Shown: positions 31,810 to 41,201 of the stretch, one piece after another
How positions within the stretch are numbered: the stretch's first letter is position 1
Layout: the number at the start of each line of letters is the position of its first letter
Source: Deltaproteobacteria bacterium
GTDB lineage: Bacteria; Desulfobacterota; Binatia; UBA12015
Assembly: GCA_046583355.1 (NCBI GenBank)
Contig: JAYGCM010000073.1
Coordinates: 26,097-90,096, forward strand
Length of the DNA: 64,000 nucleotides
Direction of reading: 5' to 3'
Made by a program: the position numbers and the translations under genes
The notes under the pieces: generated by a model
Told to the model about the DNA's origin: nothing
Seen by the model: the letters and a program-made list of their open reading frames with translations, nothing else
Databases searched by the model: none

Positions 31810-31844
31810 AAAAGGGCCGCCGGATCTCCCGGCGGCCCTTTTTT
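31810..31844. terminator. Bidirectional intrinsic terminator
   Basis: AAAAGGGCCGCCGG-ATCTC-CCGGCGGCCCTTTT between convergent LLM and nuoN. Confidence 0.9.
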
Positions 31845-31876
31845 GTCCCCTTCAGGGGACGCCCGGAAAGGGGCGG

Positions 31877-33328
31877 CTAGTGCAGGGCTTGGAAGGAGTC
31901 GCGGGCGAGGTTGAGGGCGGTGTCGGGGAAGATGCCGAAGAAGATGGTGCCGATGAGGGCTACGAAGATCGCGGCCATCAGGTAGGGCTTCGCTTCGGTC
32001 GTGGGTGCTTCTTTTACGGGGTCGCGCATGAACATTTCCATGATCAGGCGCAGGTAATAGTAGCCGGAGACGACACTCGTGAGGATCAGGATCAGAGCCA
32101 GGCCGAGGTAGTTCACATGCACCAGGGCTTCGAGGATGTAGAGCTTGCCGACGAAGCCGGCCAGCGGCGGGATGCCCATCAGCGAGAGCAGGAAGACGAC
32201 CATGACGCCGGCGAGGATCGGGCGGCGGCTGGCGAGGCCGGAATAATCCGAGAACATTTCGTTGCGGTCGCCGCGTATGCCCATCGCCACCACGACGCCA
32301 AAAGCACCGAGGTTCATGAAGGCATAGGCCAGCAGGTAGAAGATGGCCGCGGCACCGCCGCGAGGCGTCCCCGAGACCAGGGCCGCGAGCACGTAGCCTG
32401 CATTCGCCACACTGGAATAGGCAAGCATCCGTTTCACGTTATTTTGTGAGATGGCAACCACATTGCCCAGAACCATCGTCGCGGCCGCCATGCCCCAGAC
32501 CGCCACCGACCATTCCGCATGGAGCGGAGCGAGCGCGGTCAAAAGAAGACGCGCGGTACCAACAACAGCGGCGGCCTTGATGCCGACGGCCATCAGGGCG
32601 GTGATGGAGGTCGGGGCACCCTGGTAGACGTCGGGCGCCCAGAAATGGAAGGGCACGACCCCGATCTTGAAGCCGAGACCGACGAGCAAAAGAGCCAGGC
32701 CACCGAGGACCAATGCGCGATCGGCGCCGGGCAGCGCCGCCGCAATGCCGCTGTAGGAGAAGGTTCCGGTCGCACCGTAGAAGAGCGCAATGCCGTAGAG
32801 CAGAAACGAAGTCGCCAGCGCGCCGAGGATGAAATATTTGAGCGCGGCCTCGCCGGATTTCACGTCGCGGCGATGCAGGCCAGCGAGCACATAGGCGGGA
32901 ATCGACATGACCTCGATCCCCATAAAGAGGACGATGAGATCACGCGCCGCGCCCATCACCATCATGCCGACGACGGTGAACAGAACCAGAGGGTAGACCT
33001 CGCGCGCCTTGATGCCGAGGTCTTCCAGGGAACTCAAGGCCATCGCCAGAGCCAGTGCGCCGGCCAGGCAGGCAATCAGATTCGTCAGCAGCGCGACGCC
33101 ATCGGTCGAGTAGCCGCCGTCAAACGCAGCCGCACCATTATGCCAGACCAGAAGCGAGACTACGCTGGTCGAGGCAAGCCCGACCAATGAGAACCAGAAA
33201 GGCGTCTGCGCGTCGTGCTTCTTGCCCTCGAAAGCTTCATAGAGAAGGATCGCCATCGCGAAAAGCGAGAGCACGGCTACCGGCGCAATCGCCTGCCATT
33301 CGGCCACGCCAAAATTGATTTCGATCAT
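31877..33328 (-). CDS. nuoN: NADH-quinone oxidoreductase subunit N
   Basis: EAALKYFILG, GFKIGVVPFHFWAPDVYQGAP and KRMLAYSS. Confidence 0.96.
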   Translation of the reverse strand: MIEINFGVAEWQAIAPVAVLSLFAMAILLYEAFEGKKHDAQTPFWFSLVGLASTSVVSLLVWHNGAAAFDGGYSTDGVALLTNLIACLAGALALAMALSSLEDLGIKAREVYPLVLFTVVGMMVMGAARDLIVLFMGIEVMSIPAYVLAGLHRRDVKSGEAALKYFILGALATSFLLYGIALFYGATGTFSYSGIAAALPGADRALVLGGLALLLVGLGFKIGVVPFHFWAPDVYQGAPTSITALMAVGIKAAAVVGTARLLLTALAPLHAEWSVAVWGMAAATMVLGNVVAISQNNVKRMLAYSSVANAGYVLAALVSGTPRGGAAAIFYLLAYAFMNLGAFGVVVAMGIRGDRNEMFSDYSGLASRRPILAGVMVVFLLSLMGIPPLAGFVGKLYILEALVHVNYLGLALILILTSVVSGYYYLRLIMEMFMRDPVKEAPTTEAKPYLMAAIFVALIGTIFFGIFPDTALNLARDSFQALH

Positions 33329-34890
33329 CGACTTGCTACCTTCGCGGTGTCCACGAGGATGCCGGGTTTCGGCGCTTCGATGTATTTGGTTGCGCCGGCC
33401 GCATGCACGCGCGCGAGGAAGACGGCGACCGTCGGCTCGATTCGGTCAAGGAAGGGCTTCGGGTAGATGCCGATCCAGAAGATAAAGAGAAGAATCGGCG
33501 CGAGGCTCAAAACCTCACGCGCATTCAGGTCGGTAAGCGTTTCCTTGGCGTCGGTGACAACACGGCCGAGCGGTCCGAAGACCACGTTCTTGTACATCGT
33601 CAACATATAGACGGCCCCGAGCACGACGCCCGTGGTCGCCAGGGCCGCCGCCCAGGGATGCGTACGGAACGCGCCGAGAAGAATCAGGAACTCGCCCACA
33701 AAGCTATTCGTGCCCGGTAGACCAATCGAGGCGAATGTGAGGATGAGGAGAATCACGCAGAAGGTCGGCACAGCACTCCAGAGGCCGCCGTATTCGGGGA
33801 TCTGGCGCGTATGAGTGCGGTCGTAGATGAAGCCGATGGCGAGGAAGAGCCCCCCCGTTACCAGGCCGTGGTTGACCATCTGGAGCACGCCACCCGTCAC
33901 GCCGAGGGCGTCAAAGGAATAGAGCCCGAGGATCACGAAGCCCATATGGCTCACGGAGGAGTACGCCACCAGCCGCTTCATATCTTTTTGCGGATAGGCG
34001 ACCATCGCGCCGTAAACGATGCCGAAAACCGCCAGTCCGATGACGATCGGAAAACCGTCTTCGGCGGCCAGCGGGAAGAGCGGAATCGCAAAGCGCACAA
34101 ACGCATACGCGCCCATTTTCAGCAGGATGCCGGCAAGGTCGACCGAACCACCCGTAGGCGCTTCGGTATGCGCATCCGGCAACCAGGTATGCACCGGGAA
34201 AAGCGGCACCTTGATGAAGAATGCGATCGCGAAGGCCCAGAAGAGCCAGGTCTGCTCGGTATAGGTGAGCGGCGTCTCGTAGAGACTCAGAATATCGAAT
34301 GTCATCTCCCCATTCTGGCCATGCGCGAGCACCAGATAGAGGATCGCGACCAGCATCAGAGCGCTGCCGGCCATCGTGAAGAGGACAAATTTCACCAGCG
34401 CATAATGGCGCCGCGGCCCACCCCAGATGCCGAGCACAAAGGCCATGGGGAAGAGCATCAACTCCCAGAAGAGGAAGAAAAGGAAGAGATCGATCGAGAT
34501 CAAAGCGCCGAGCATGCCCCACTCGAGCACCAGCATGAAGAACATGAATTCTTTGGTGCGGTGGCGGATATCGGTCCACGACCCGAGCATGACAATCGGC
34601 GTGAGCATCGTTGTCAGCAGAACCAGCCAGATGGAGAAGCCATCGACGCCGACCGAATAGGTGATGCCGAGCGAAGGCATCCACTCGACGCTCTCTATCA
34701 TTTGCAGGTGCCCGTTCGCAGCATCAAAATTCGCCAGGACCAGGAGCGAGAGCAGGAAGGGTACCAGCGAGAAGACCAATGCCACGCGCTGCGAGATCAC
34801 CTTGGGCTCGCTGGGCAGCAAAAGCAGAACGAAGCCTAGAATCAGCGGCGAGAACGCCATCGCGGTAAGAATCGGGAATTCCATGATCAT
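33325..34890 (-). CDS. nuoM: NADH-quinone oxidoreductase subunit M
   Basis: FFLFWE, KVPLFPVHTWLPDAHTEAP, LLKMG and FVGEF; ATG overlaps the nuoL stop. Confidence 0.96.
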   Translation of the reverse strand: MIMEFPILTAMAFSPLILGFVLLLLPSEPKVISQRVALVFSLVPFLLSLLVLANFDAANGHLQMIESVEWMPSLGITYSVGVDGFSIWLVLLTTMLTPIVMLGSWTDIRHRTKEFMFFMLVLEWGMLGALISIDLFLFFLFWELMLFPMAFVLGIWGGPRRHYALVKFVLFTMAGSALMLVAILYLVLAHGQNGEMTFDILSLYETPLTYTEQTWLFWAFAIAFFIKVPLFPVHTWLPDAHTEAPTGGSVDLAGILLKMGAYAFVRFAIPLFPLAAEDGFPIVIGLAVFGIVYGAMVAYPQKDMKRLVAYSSVSHMGFVILGLYSFDALGVTGGVLQMVNHGLVTGGLFLAIGFIYDRTHTRQIPEYGGLWSAVPTFCVILLILTFASIGLPGTNSFVGEFLILLGAFRTHPWAAALATTGVVLGAVYMLTMYKNVVFGPLGRVVTDAKETLTDLNAREVLSLAPILLFIFWIGIYPKPFLDRIEPTVAVFLARVHAAGATKYIEAPKPGILVDTAKVASR

Positions 34891-36848
34891 CAGCCCCCGA
34901 AACCCCAAACGGCTCCGAGCAGAACCACTGCGCCCAGCAACATGCCGAGCGCATAATGCTGCAGATTGCCGGTCTGCAGCCGGCGCACGATACCCGAGGT
35001 CAACTCCACCGTGGTCGCCACGCCGTTCACGACACCGTCAACAATGACGACATCAATCGCGCTCCAGAGCCAGCGCGACGTCCGTTTATAAGGCATGACA
35101 AATAGCGCATCGTAAATTTCATCGACCCAATAGCGGTTGCGCAGCATGGGATAGATGGGCCGCGTCACGGCATAGACCCGGTCGAGCATGCCCGGACTCT
35201 TCACATAGAGAAGCCAGGCCCAGAAGATGCCGAAGAAACCGACCGCAGTGGCCGTCAACATCAGGGTGACGATGAGTCCGGTATCGTGGTGGTCGCCATG
35301 CACGAAGGGGTTCGCCGCGACCACCGGTAAGAGATAATTGCCGATCGCGTCGCCCCAGAGCAGATGCAAGGGCATGCCGATCCAGCCGCCGGCGAATGCC
35401 AATACGGCGAGGATCGTCATGGGAATGGTCATCGAGCGCGGCATCTCGTGGACATGCGCTTCTACCTCCGGGTCGAGACGACTCTCACCCGTAAAGGTCA
35501 GGAAATAAGCGCGGAAGATATAGAACGCAGTGAAGCCCGCGGCGATCGTGCCGAGCGCCCAAGGGCCGTGGAAGCCGCCCATATAGGCGTTTTCCAGAAC
35601 CATATCTTTGGAGAAGAAGGCGGCAAAACCCGGTACGCCGGCGATCGCCAGGCTGGCGACCAGGAAGGTCTTGGCCGTGATCGGCATCTTCTTTGCCAAT
35701 CCGCCCAGATGCGAGAGGCGCAACTCGCCGTGCAGCGCATGCATGACCGCGCCGGCGCCGAGGAAGAGCAATCCCTTGAAGAAGGCATGCATTGTCAAGT
35801 GGAAGATGCCGGCGGCGAATGCGCCGACCCCGACACCCATCATCATATAGCCGATCTGCGAGATGGTGGAGTAGGCAAGGACTTTTTTCAGATCCTCCTG
35901 AACAATCGCCATCGTCGCCGCGAAAAGACAGGTGATCCCGCCGATCCAGGCGACAACGACCAGCGCATCGGGTGCTTCCACGAAAAGAAACGAAAGGCGT
36001 GCGATCATATACACGCCGGCCGTGACCATGGTGGCGGCATGGATCAGCGCCGAGACCGGCGTCGGGCCGGCCATGGCATCGGGCAGCCAAACAAAAAGCG
36101 GCACCTGGGCCGATTTGCCGGTCGCACCGAAGAGCAGCAGCAGGCAGACGGCGGTGGGCAGCCACGGGTTGGCGGCAGCCAATGCGCCGGCATTGGCATT
36201 GATCGCTTGCAGGTTCAGCGTCGGCACACCGATATCGTAGAGGCTCCAGAAGAGCAGGAAGATGCCGATCAGGAAGGCCGCGTCACCGATGCGGTTGACG
36301 ATCATCGCCTTCTGGCCGGCGTCGGCATTCTCCATATCCTGATACCAGAAGCCGATCAGCAGATAGGAGCAGAGACCAACGCCCTCCCAGCCGATGAAGA
36401 GCACGGCCAGCGAGTCGCCAAGCACGAGAATCAGCATCGAGGCGACGAAAAGGTTCAGGTAGGCGAAGAAGCGCGAGATATCCGCGTCGTCTTCCATATA
36501 ACCGACTGCGTAGAGGTGGATCAGCGAACCGACGCCGGTCACGAGAAAAAGCATCACGCTGGTCAGCGCGTCGAGTCGCAAAGTGAAGTCGAGATGCAGC
36601 GGCCCAACCGAAATCCAGGAGAAGACAGGGTCGACCAATGCGCCCTGGCCGATCTCCGAGACCGGCAAGCCCCAGAGCTTCGCTACACCCGTCATGGCGA
36701 CCAGGAAGGCGCCGAAGAGCACTCCGGGTCCGATGAATTTCGAGAGCTGCGCCCGGTCTTGCCGTGCACAGATCACGTTGAGCAAAAAGCCCGCGAGCGG
36801 AAAGAGAATGATCCAGCGCAGGAGCGAGGTTTCGACTTCCGGAGCCAT
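34890..36848 (-). CDS. nuoL: NADH-quinone oxidoreductase subunit L
   Basis: GWEGVGLCSYLLIGFW and GKSAQVPLFVWLPDAMAGPTPVSALIHAATMV. Confidence 0.97.
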   Translation of the reverse strand: MAPEVETSLLRWIILFPLAGFLLNVICARQDRAQLSKFIGPGVLFGAFLVAMTGVAKLWGLPVSEIGQGALVDPVFSWISVGPLHLDFTLRLDALTSVMLFLVTGVGSLIHLYAVGYMEDDADISRFFAYLNLFVASMLILVLGDSLAVLFIGWEGVGLCSYLLIGFWYQDMENADAGQKAMIVNRIGDAAFLIGIFLLFWSLYDIGVPTLNLQAINANAGALAAANPWLPTAVCLLLLFGATGKSAQVPLFVWLPDAMAGPTPVSALIHAATMVTAGVYMIARLSFLFVEAPDALVVVAWIGGITCLFAATMAIVQEDLKKVLAYSTISQIGYMMMGVGVGAFAAGIFHLTMHAFFKGLLFLGAGAVMHALHGELRLSHLGGLAKKMPITAKTFLVASLAIAGVPGFAAFFSKDMVLENAYMGGFHGPWALGTIAAGFTAFYIFRAYFLTFTGESRLDPEVEAHVHEMPRSMTIPMTILAVLAFAGGWIGMPLHLLWGDAIGNYLLPVVAANPFVHGDHHDTGLIVTLMLTATAVGFFGIFWAWLLYVKSPGMLDRVYAVTRPIYPMLRNRYWVDEIYDALFVMPYKRTSRWLWSAIDVVIVDGVVNGVATTVELTSGIVRRLQTGNLQHYALGMLLGAVVLLGAVWGFGG

Positions 36849-36857
36849 GCCCCTCCC

Positions 36858-37163
36858 CTATCCTTGCAGCACGCGGAGTTCGTCCGCGTTCAGGGTCTTG
36901 CGACCGGTGAAATTCACGAGGAAAATCGCGAGGCCGACAGCCGCCTCGGCCGCGGCAACCGTCATCACGAAGAAGACGACCACCTGCCCGTCGAGATCCC
37001 AGAGACGCCGTGCGAACGCGACGAAAGTGATATTGACGCCGTTGAGCATCAGCTCGACCGACATCAACATGACGATCACGTTGCGCCGGAAAAGCACGCC
37101 GAAAACGCCTATCGCGAAGAGGATCGCCGCGAGAACAAGATAATGATCGACCGGTACGTCCAT
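36858..37163 (-). CDS. nuoK: NADH-quinone oxidoreductase subunit K
   Basis: RRNVIVMLMSVELMLN and VAAAEAAVGLA. Confidence 0.96.
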   Translation of the reverse strand: MDVPVDHYLVLAAILFAIGVFGVLFRRNVIVMLMSVELMLNGVNITFVAFARRLWDLDGQVVVFFVMTVAAAEAAVGLAIFLVNFTGRKTLNADELRVLQG

Positions 37164-37165
37164 TG

Positions 37166-37654
37166 TCAGGATGCCTTGCGCCGCGCCATGACAACCGCGC
37201 CGACCACGGCGGCGAGAAGCAGGACGCTGGTCAATTCGAAGGGGAGAAGATGCGCCGTAAAGAGGCGCTCGGCCACACTTGCCGTCTCGCCGAAGCCCTC
37301 AGGCATCGGCCCGTAATCGGCCTTGCCCGAGGCAAAGCCCAGAGCGCCGAGTTCGGCGGCCAATATGATGGACAATACGGCCCCGGTTGCCCGCAATGGC
37401 AGATGGCCGGCCAGCGGTTCTTCGGGCTCGAGCGCCAGCAGCATGATGACGAAGAGAAAAAGGACAACGATCGCGCCGGCGTAAACCAGCACCTGCAAGA
37501 AGGCGATCAGGTAGGCATCGAGCGCGAGGAAGATGATCGCCACCTGAAAGAGCGTGAAGACAAGCGCCAAGGCCGAATAGACGGGGTTGCGATGCAATAC
37601 CGTCGTCAGCGCGCCCGCAATCGTGAGCGAAGCAAGAATCCAGAAGAGCGTCAT
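37166..37654 (-). CDS. nuoJ: NADH-quinone oxidoreductase subunit J
   Basis: NPVYSAL, QVLVYAGAIVVLFLFVIMLL and LPFELTS. Confidence 0.95.
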   Translation of the reverse strand: MTLFWILASLTIAGALTTVLHRNPVYSALALVFTLFQVAIIFLALDAYLIAFLQVLVYAGAIVVLFLFVIMLLALEPEEPLAGHLPLRATGAVLSIILAAELGALGFASGKADYGPMPEGFGETASVAERLFTAHLLPFELTSVLLLAAVVGAVVMARRKAS

Positions 37655-38757
37655 CCGACTGTGAACCCTTCAAGCGCGAGCACCAGCACGGCCGTGATCG
37701 CGACATTGGCCAGCCCGATCGGAAGCAGACGCTTCCAGCCGAGGTCCATGAGTTGGTCATAGCGGATACGCGGCAACGACCAGCGCACCAGAATCTGCAA
37801 CCAACAGAAGAAAAAGAGCTTGAGGAGGAAAGCGCCGACCTGCATCAGCGTAACCGCTAGCGCCGGCACATAGACATCGATTCCACCGGGGAATTGGAAG
37901 CCACCCTGGTAGAGCCAAGGCACCTGCCAGCCGCCGAAGAAGAAGGTCGTGACGAGAGCAGCGACAATCGCGATTTCAACGAAATCGGCCATCATGAAGA
38001 CAAGCTGCTTGGAGCCCGAATATTCGGTGTAGAACCCGGCGACGAGCTCCGACTCGGCTTCGGGAAGATCGAAGGGCGCGCGCTTGGACTCCGCCATGCC
38101 CGCGATAAAGAGAAGGATCAGAGCAACCGGCTGGTAGAAGATGCCCCAGGCCGGGATCACGCCCCACATCAACTGGCCTTGTGCGCGCGCGATTTCCTGG
38201 AGATCGAGGGTACCGAAGGTCAAAACGACGGCGACCACGGAAAGCCCCATCGCGACCTCATACGAGATCATTTGCGCGGTACCGCGCACGCCACCCAGAA
38301 ACGAGTAACGCGAATTCGAGGCCCAACCCGCGATGATGACGCCGTAGACACCCATCGAGACCATCGCGAGGACCAGAAGCACGCCCATGCCGGTCTCGGC
38401 CGCCTGCAAGCTGACGGTATAGTCGCCGACATGCAGCACATCGCCGAAGGGGATCACGGCAAAGGTCAGGAAAAGTGGCGCAATGCCGACGACCGGTGCA
38501 ATCCAGTGGAGAAACTGATCGGCGTCGGCCGGGACGATATCTTCTTTATGGAAGCCCTTGAGAGGATCGGCCAGCCAGGTGTTCACGATGCCGAGGTTGA
38601 AGGGCAGGATACCGCCGAAAATATTGGCGCGGTTGGCGCCGACACGGTCTTGGATCAGAGCCGAACCCTTGCGCTCGACCCAGAGGAGGATCAGCACCAG
38701 TTGCAGCATGATGGCGAAAGCGACCACTACTTTAGCCACGGTGAAGAGCATTTCCAT
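37651..38757 (-). CDS. nuoH: NADH-quinone oxidoreductase subunit H
   Basis: ERKGSALIQDRVG, AQMISYE, PFDLPEAESELVAG and LPRIRYDQLM. Confidence 0.96.
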   Translation of the reverse strand: MEMLFTVAKVVVAFAIMLQLVLILLWVERKGSALIQDRVGANRANIFGGILPFNLGIVNTWLADPLKGFHKEDIVPADADQFLHWIAPVVGIAPLFLTFAVIPFGDVLHVGDYTVSLQAAETGMGVLLVLAMVSMGVYGVIIAGWASNSRYSFLGGVRGTAQMISYEVAMGLSVVAVVLTFGTLDLQEIARAQGQLMWGVIPAWGIFYQPVALILLFIAGMAESKRAPFDLPEAESELVAGFYTEYSGSKQLVFMMADFVEIAIVAALVTTFFFGGWQVPWLYQGGFQFPGGIDVYVPALAVTLMQVGAFLLKLFFFCWLQILVRWSLPRIRYDQLMDLGWKRLLPIGLANVAITAVLVLALEGFTVG

Positions 38758-38772
38758 TGGTCTGCTCTCCGC

Positions 38773-39132
38773 TCAATCCCAGGCGAGCGCGCCGACGCGC
38801 CAGACGTAGGCGAGACCGACGCCAAGAATGCCGACGAAGGCGCTCATTTCGGCCAACCCCGCCCAGCCGAGGTCACGGAAAATGACCGCCCACGGGTACA
38901 TGAAGACCACTTCGATATCGAAAATGATGAAGAGGATGGCGACCAGATAGAACTTCACGGGGAAGCGCATACCGCGCAGCGAACCCACCGGCGGGTTGCC
39001 GGCCTCGAAGATCTCAAGCTTGGTCTTGGTCGGATTGTGCGGACCGATGATACGGCTCGCGCCTACCATGATCACGGCAACCAGCGTGCACAGCGTGGCG
39101 CTGATCAGCAATGCGATATACGGGTTGATCAA
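38773..39132 (-). CDS. nuoA: NADH-quinone oxidoreductase subunit A
   Basis: KFYLVAILFIIFDIEVVFMYPWA and GALAWD. Confidence 0.95.
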   Translation of the reverse strand: MINPYIALLISATLCTLVAVIMVGASRIIGPHNPTKTKLEIFEAGNPPVGSLRGMRFPVKFYLVAILFIIFDIEVVFMYPWAVIFRDLGWAGLAEMSAFVGILGVGLAYVWRVGALAWD

Positions 39133-39293
39133 AGGCCCCCTCCTGCCAGCCTGCCGTGCGGAAAACCCCTGCGATTCACGGCAAACACCGACGATCTAGC
39201 TAGGGATTGAGCCCGGTTCTGTCAACGTCGAGCACGGCCCTGGGCCTCCCCGCCAGGGTGAATTCGCTCGCCATCCGGGCTAGAAGCCCGGCC

Positions 39294-40358
39294 GTGGCTG
39301 ACGAAGATATCGCCGAGATGGTCCGGGGCCGCTGGCCAGAGGCCCGCATCCGGGCGCTCGAACCCTTGGCCGGCGACGCCGGCGTCCGCAGCTATACCCG
39401 CCTGCACCTTGAGGGCGATGGCGCCCCGGCGCAAATCATGGCGATGCTTTTTGCCACCGATGGCTCGGCCCGGCGCCCCGAAGAAGACGGCAAGGCAGCC
39501 GCGCATGACGAGCTACCCTTCGTGAATCTGCAGCGGTTCTTGGCCAGCCACAAGATCCCGGTACCCGAAATCTTCGCGGTAGCGGAGGAAAAAGGCGTTC
39601 TTCTTCTGGAGGACCTCGGCGAGACCTCCCTGGCCGACGCAGCCACCCGCGCGGCTCCGGAGGAGCGCGAGCGCCTGCTGCACGAGGCCGTAGCGCTACT
39701 GGCCCGCATCTGTTCCCTCGGCTCGGCCGAGCCGGCCGGCTGTTACGCGTTTGACCAACTCTACGGCGCCGATGCGATCGCGCGCGAGCTGGAGGTGACG
39801 GTCATCTACGGCCTCGCACACGCGCGCGGTCTGGGCGTGACCGCTCCGGGCGAGGACCCGCAACTCGAACGGGCTCTGCAATCCCTCGGCGCGCGCATTG
39901 CCGCGTTGCCCCGTGGCCTGATGCACCGCGACTACCATGCCTGGAACCTGCACCTGGACGCCGCAGGAAAACTGCGCGTCATTGATTTTCAGGACGCCAC
40001 CATCGGCCCCGCCCTCTACGATCTCGCCAGCCTGCTCACCGACCGCGACACCGACCGCTTCGTCGATCCCACCCTCGAGACCACCTTGGTCCAGGCATGG
40101 GGCGAAGAAATGAACCGCCTCGGCGCGGCGGCGACGGCTCCGAGCAGCGATCTGCAGGCGAATTATCTTGCCGCGGTCGCCTACCGCACGCTGCGGGTAA
40201 TCGGCCGCTTCGGCGTTCTCGCATTGGAATTGGAGAAGCCAGGCTATTTCGAACGCTACGCGCCGCGCATGGCCAAACAAGCCATGCGCGCCCTCGACGC
40301 ATTGGGCGAAGACGAATTGGCCGAGCTGCTCTTCGAGCGGAGCCCGATCTTCTTATGA
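39294..40358 (+). CDS. amgK: APH-family phosphotransferase, likely the anomeric MurNAc/GlcNAc kinase
   Basis: LAGDAGVRSY, LLEDLG, HRDYH..N, IDFQDA..GP..YDLASLL; coupled to a murU-like gene. Start approximate. Confidence 0.75.
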   Translation: MADEDIAEMVRGRWPEARIRALEPLAGDAGVRSYTRLHLEGDGAPAQIMAMLFATDGSARRPEEDGKAAAHDELPFVNLQRFLASHKIPVPEIFAVAEEKGVLLLEDLGETSLADAATRAAPEERERLLHEAVALLARICSLGSAEPAGCYAFDQLYGADAIARELEVTVIYGLAHARGLGVTAPGEDPQLERALQSLGARIAALPRGLMHRDYHAWNLHLDAAGKLRVIDFQDATIGPALYDLASLLTDRDTDRFVDPTLETTLVQAWGEEMNRLGAAATAPSSDLQANYLAAVAYRTLRVIGRFGVLALELEKPGYFERYAPRMAKQAMRALDALGEDELAELLFERSPIFL

Positions 40359-41122
40359 GCCGGCCTCCTGCCCGAGCGATCATCCTGGCCGCGGGCCGCG
40401 GCTCAAGGCTGCGGCCACTCACCGACCATACGCCAAAGCCCCTGGTACGCGCGGGCGGCCGCCCCCTGATCGGCTGGGGCCTGGCCCTGCTGCGTGCGCA
40501 CGGAATCGAAGATGTGGTGATCAATGTGCACCATCTGCGCGAGCAGATCGTGGCCGAGATCGGCGACGGCGCCTCCTTCGGATTGCGCATCCGATACTCG
40601 GTCGAGGAAGAACTCCTCGATACCGGCGGCGGTATTCGCCAGGCAGCCGAACTCTTCGGGGTCGGCCCGGGCGCAGAAGACGGCCCCCCGCTGCTGGTTC
40701 TCAACGCGGATGTTGTGACGGATATCGCACTCGACCAGCTGCTCGTCGCCCACCGGAACAATCCCGGCGGCATCACGCTGGTGCTGCGTGACGACCCGCG
40801 TGCGGCCGCCTACGGCCTCTTCGGGATCAATGAGAAGATGCAGATCCGCCGCTTTCTCGGCGCCGGTGCGCCGGCCAAAGGTTTGCGTGAATATATGTTC
40901 GCCTCGGTCCAAGTCCTCGACCCACGGCTAATTCGCACCATGCCGCAGTCCGGCCCCTTCAGCACGATGCACGGAATCTACCCGCGGTTTTTCCAAAAAG
41001 GCGTGAGTTTTCATGGCTTTGTCCATACGGGACGCTGGTACACCTCCGATACTGCCGAAGACTTGCAGCAGCTTACGGCCGCACTCGAAGCCAGCGGCGG
41101 CTTGGACCCCCAGCAACGCTGA
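40355..41122 (+). CDS. murU: Nucleotidyltransferase, likely MurNAc-alpha-1-P uridylyltransferase
   Basis: AIILAAGRGSRLRPLTDHTPKPL, INVHH and LLDTGGG; ATGA overlap with amgK. Confidence 0.78.
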   Translation: MSRPPARAIILAAGRGSRLRPLTDHTPKPLVRAGGRPLIGWGLALLRAHGIEDVVINVHHLREQIVAEIGDGASFGLRIRYSVEEELLDTGGGIRQAAELFGVGPGAEDGPPLLVLNADVVTDIALDQLLVAHRNNPGGITLVLRDDPRAAAYGLFGINEKMQIRRFLGAGAPAKGLREYMFASVQVLDPRLIRTMPQSGPFSTMHGIYPRFFQKGVSFHGFVHTGRWYTSDTAEDLQQLTAALEASGGLDPQQR

Positions 41123-41201
41123 GGGCGTCCGCCTATTGCCCGCCACGGCTCTATCCGTGAACCTGTAGAGACGGCGGGAGACACTCTTGCCAACCCGACC
41201 T

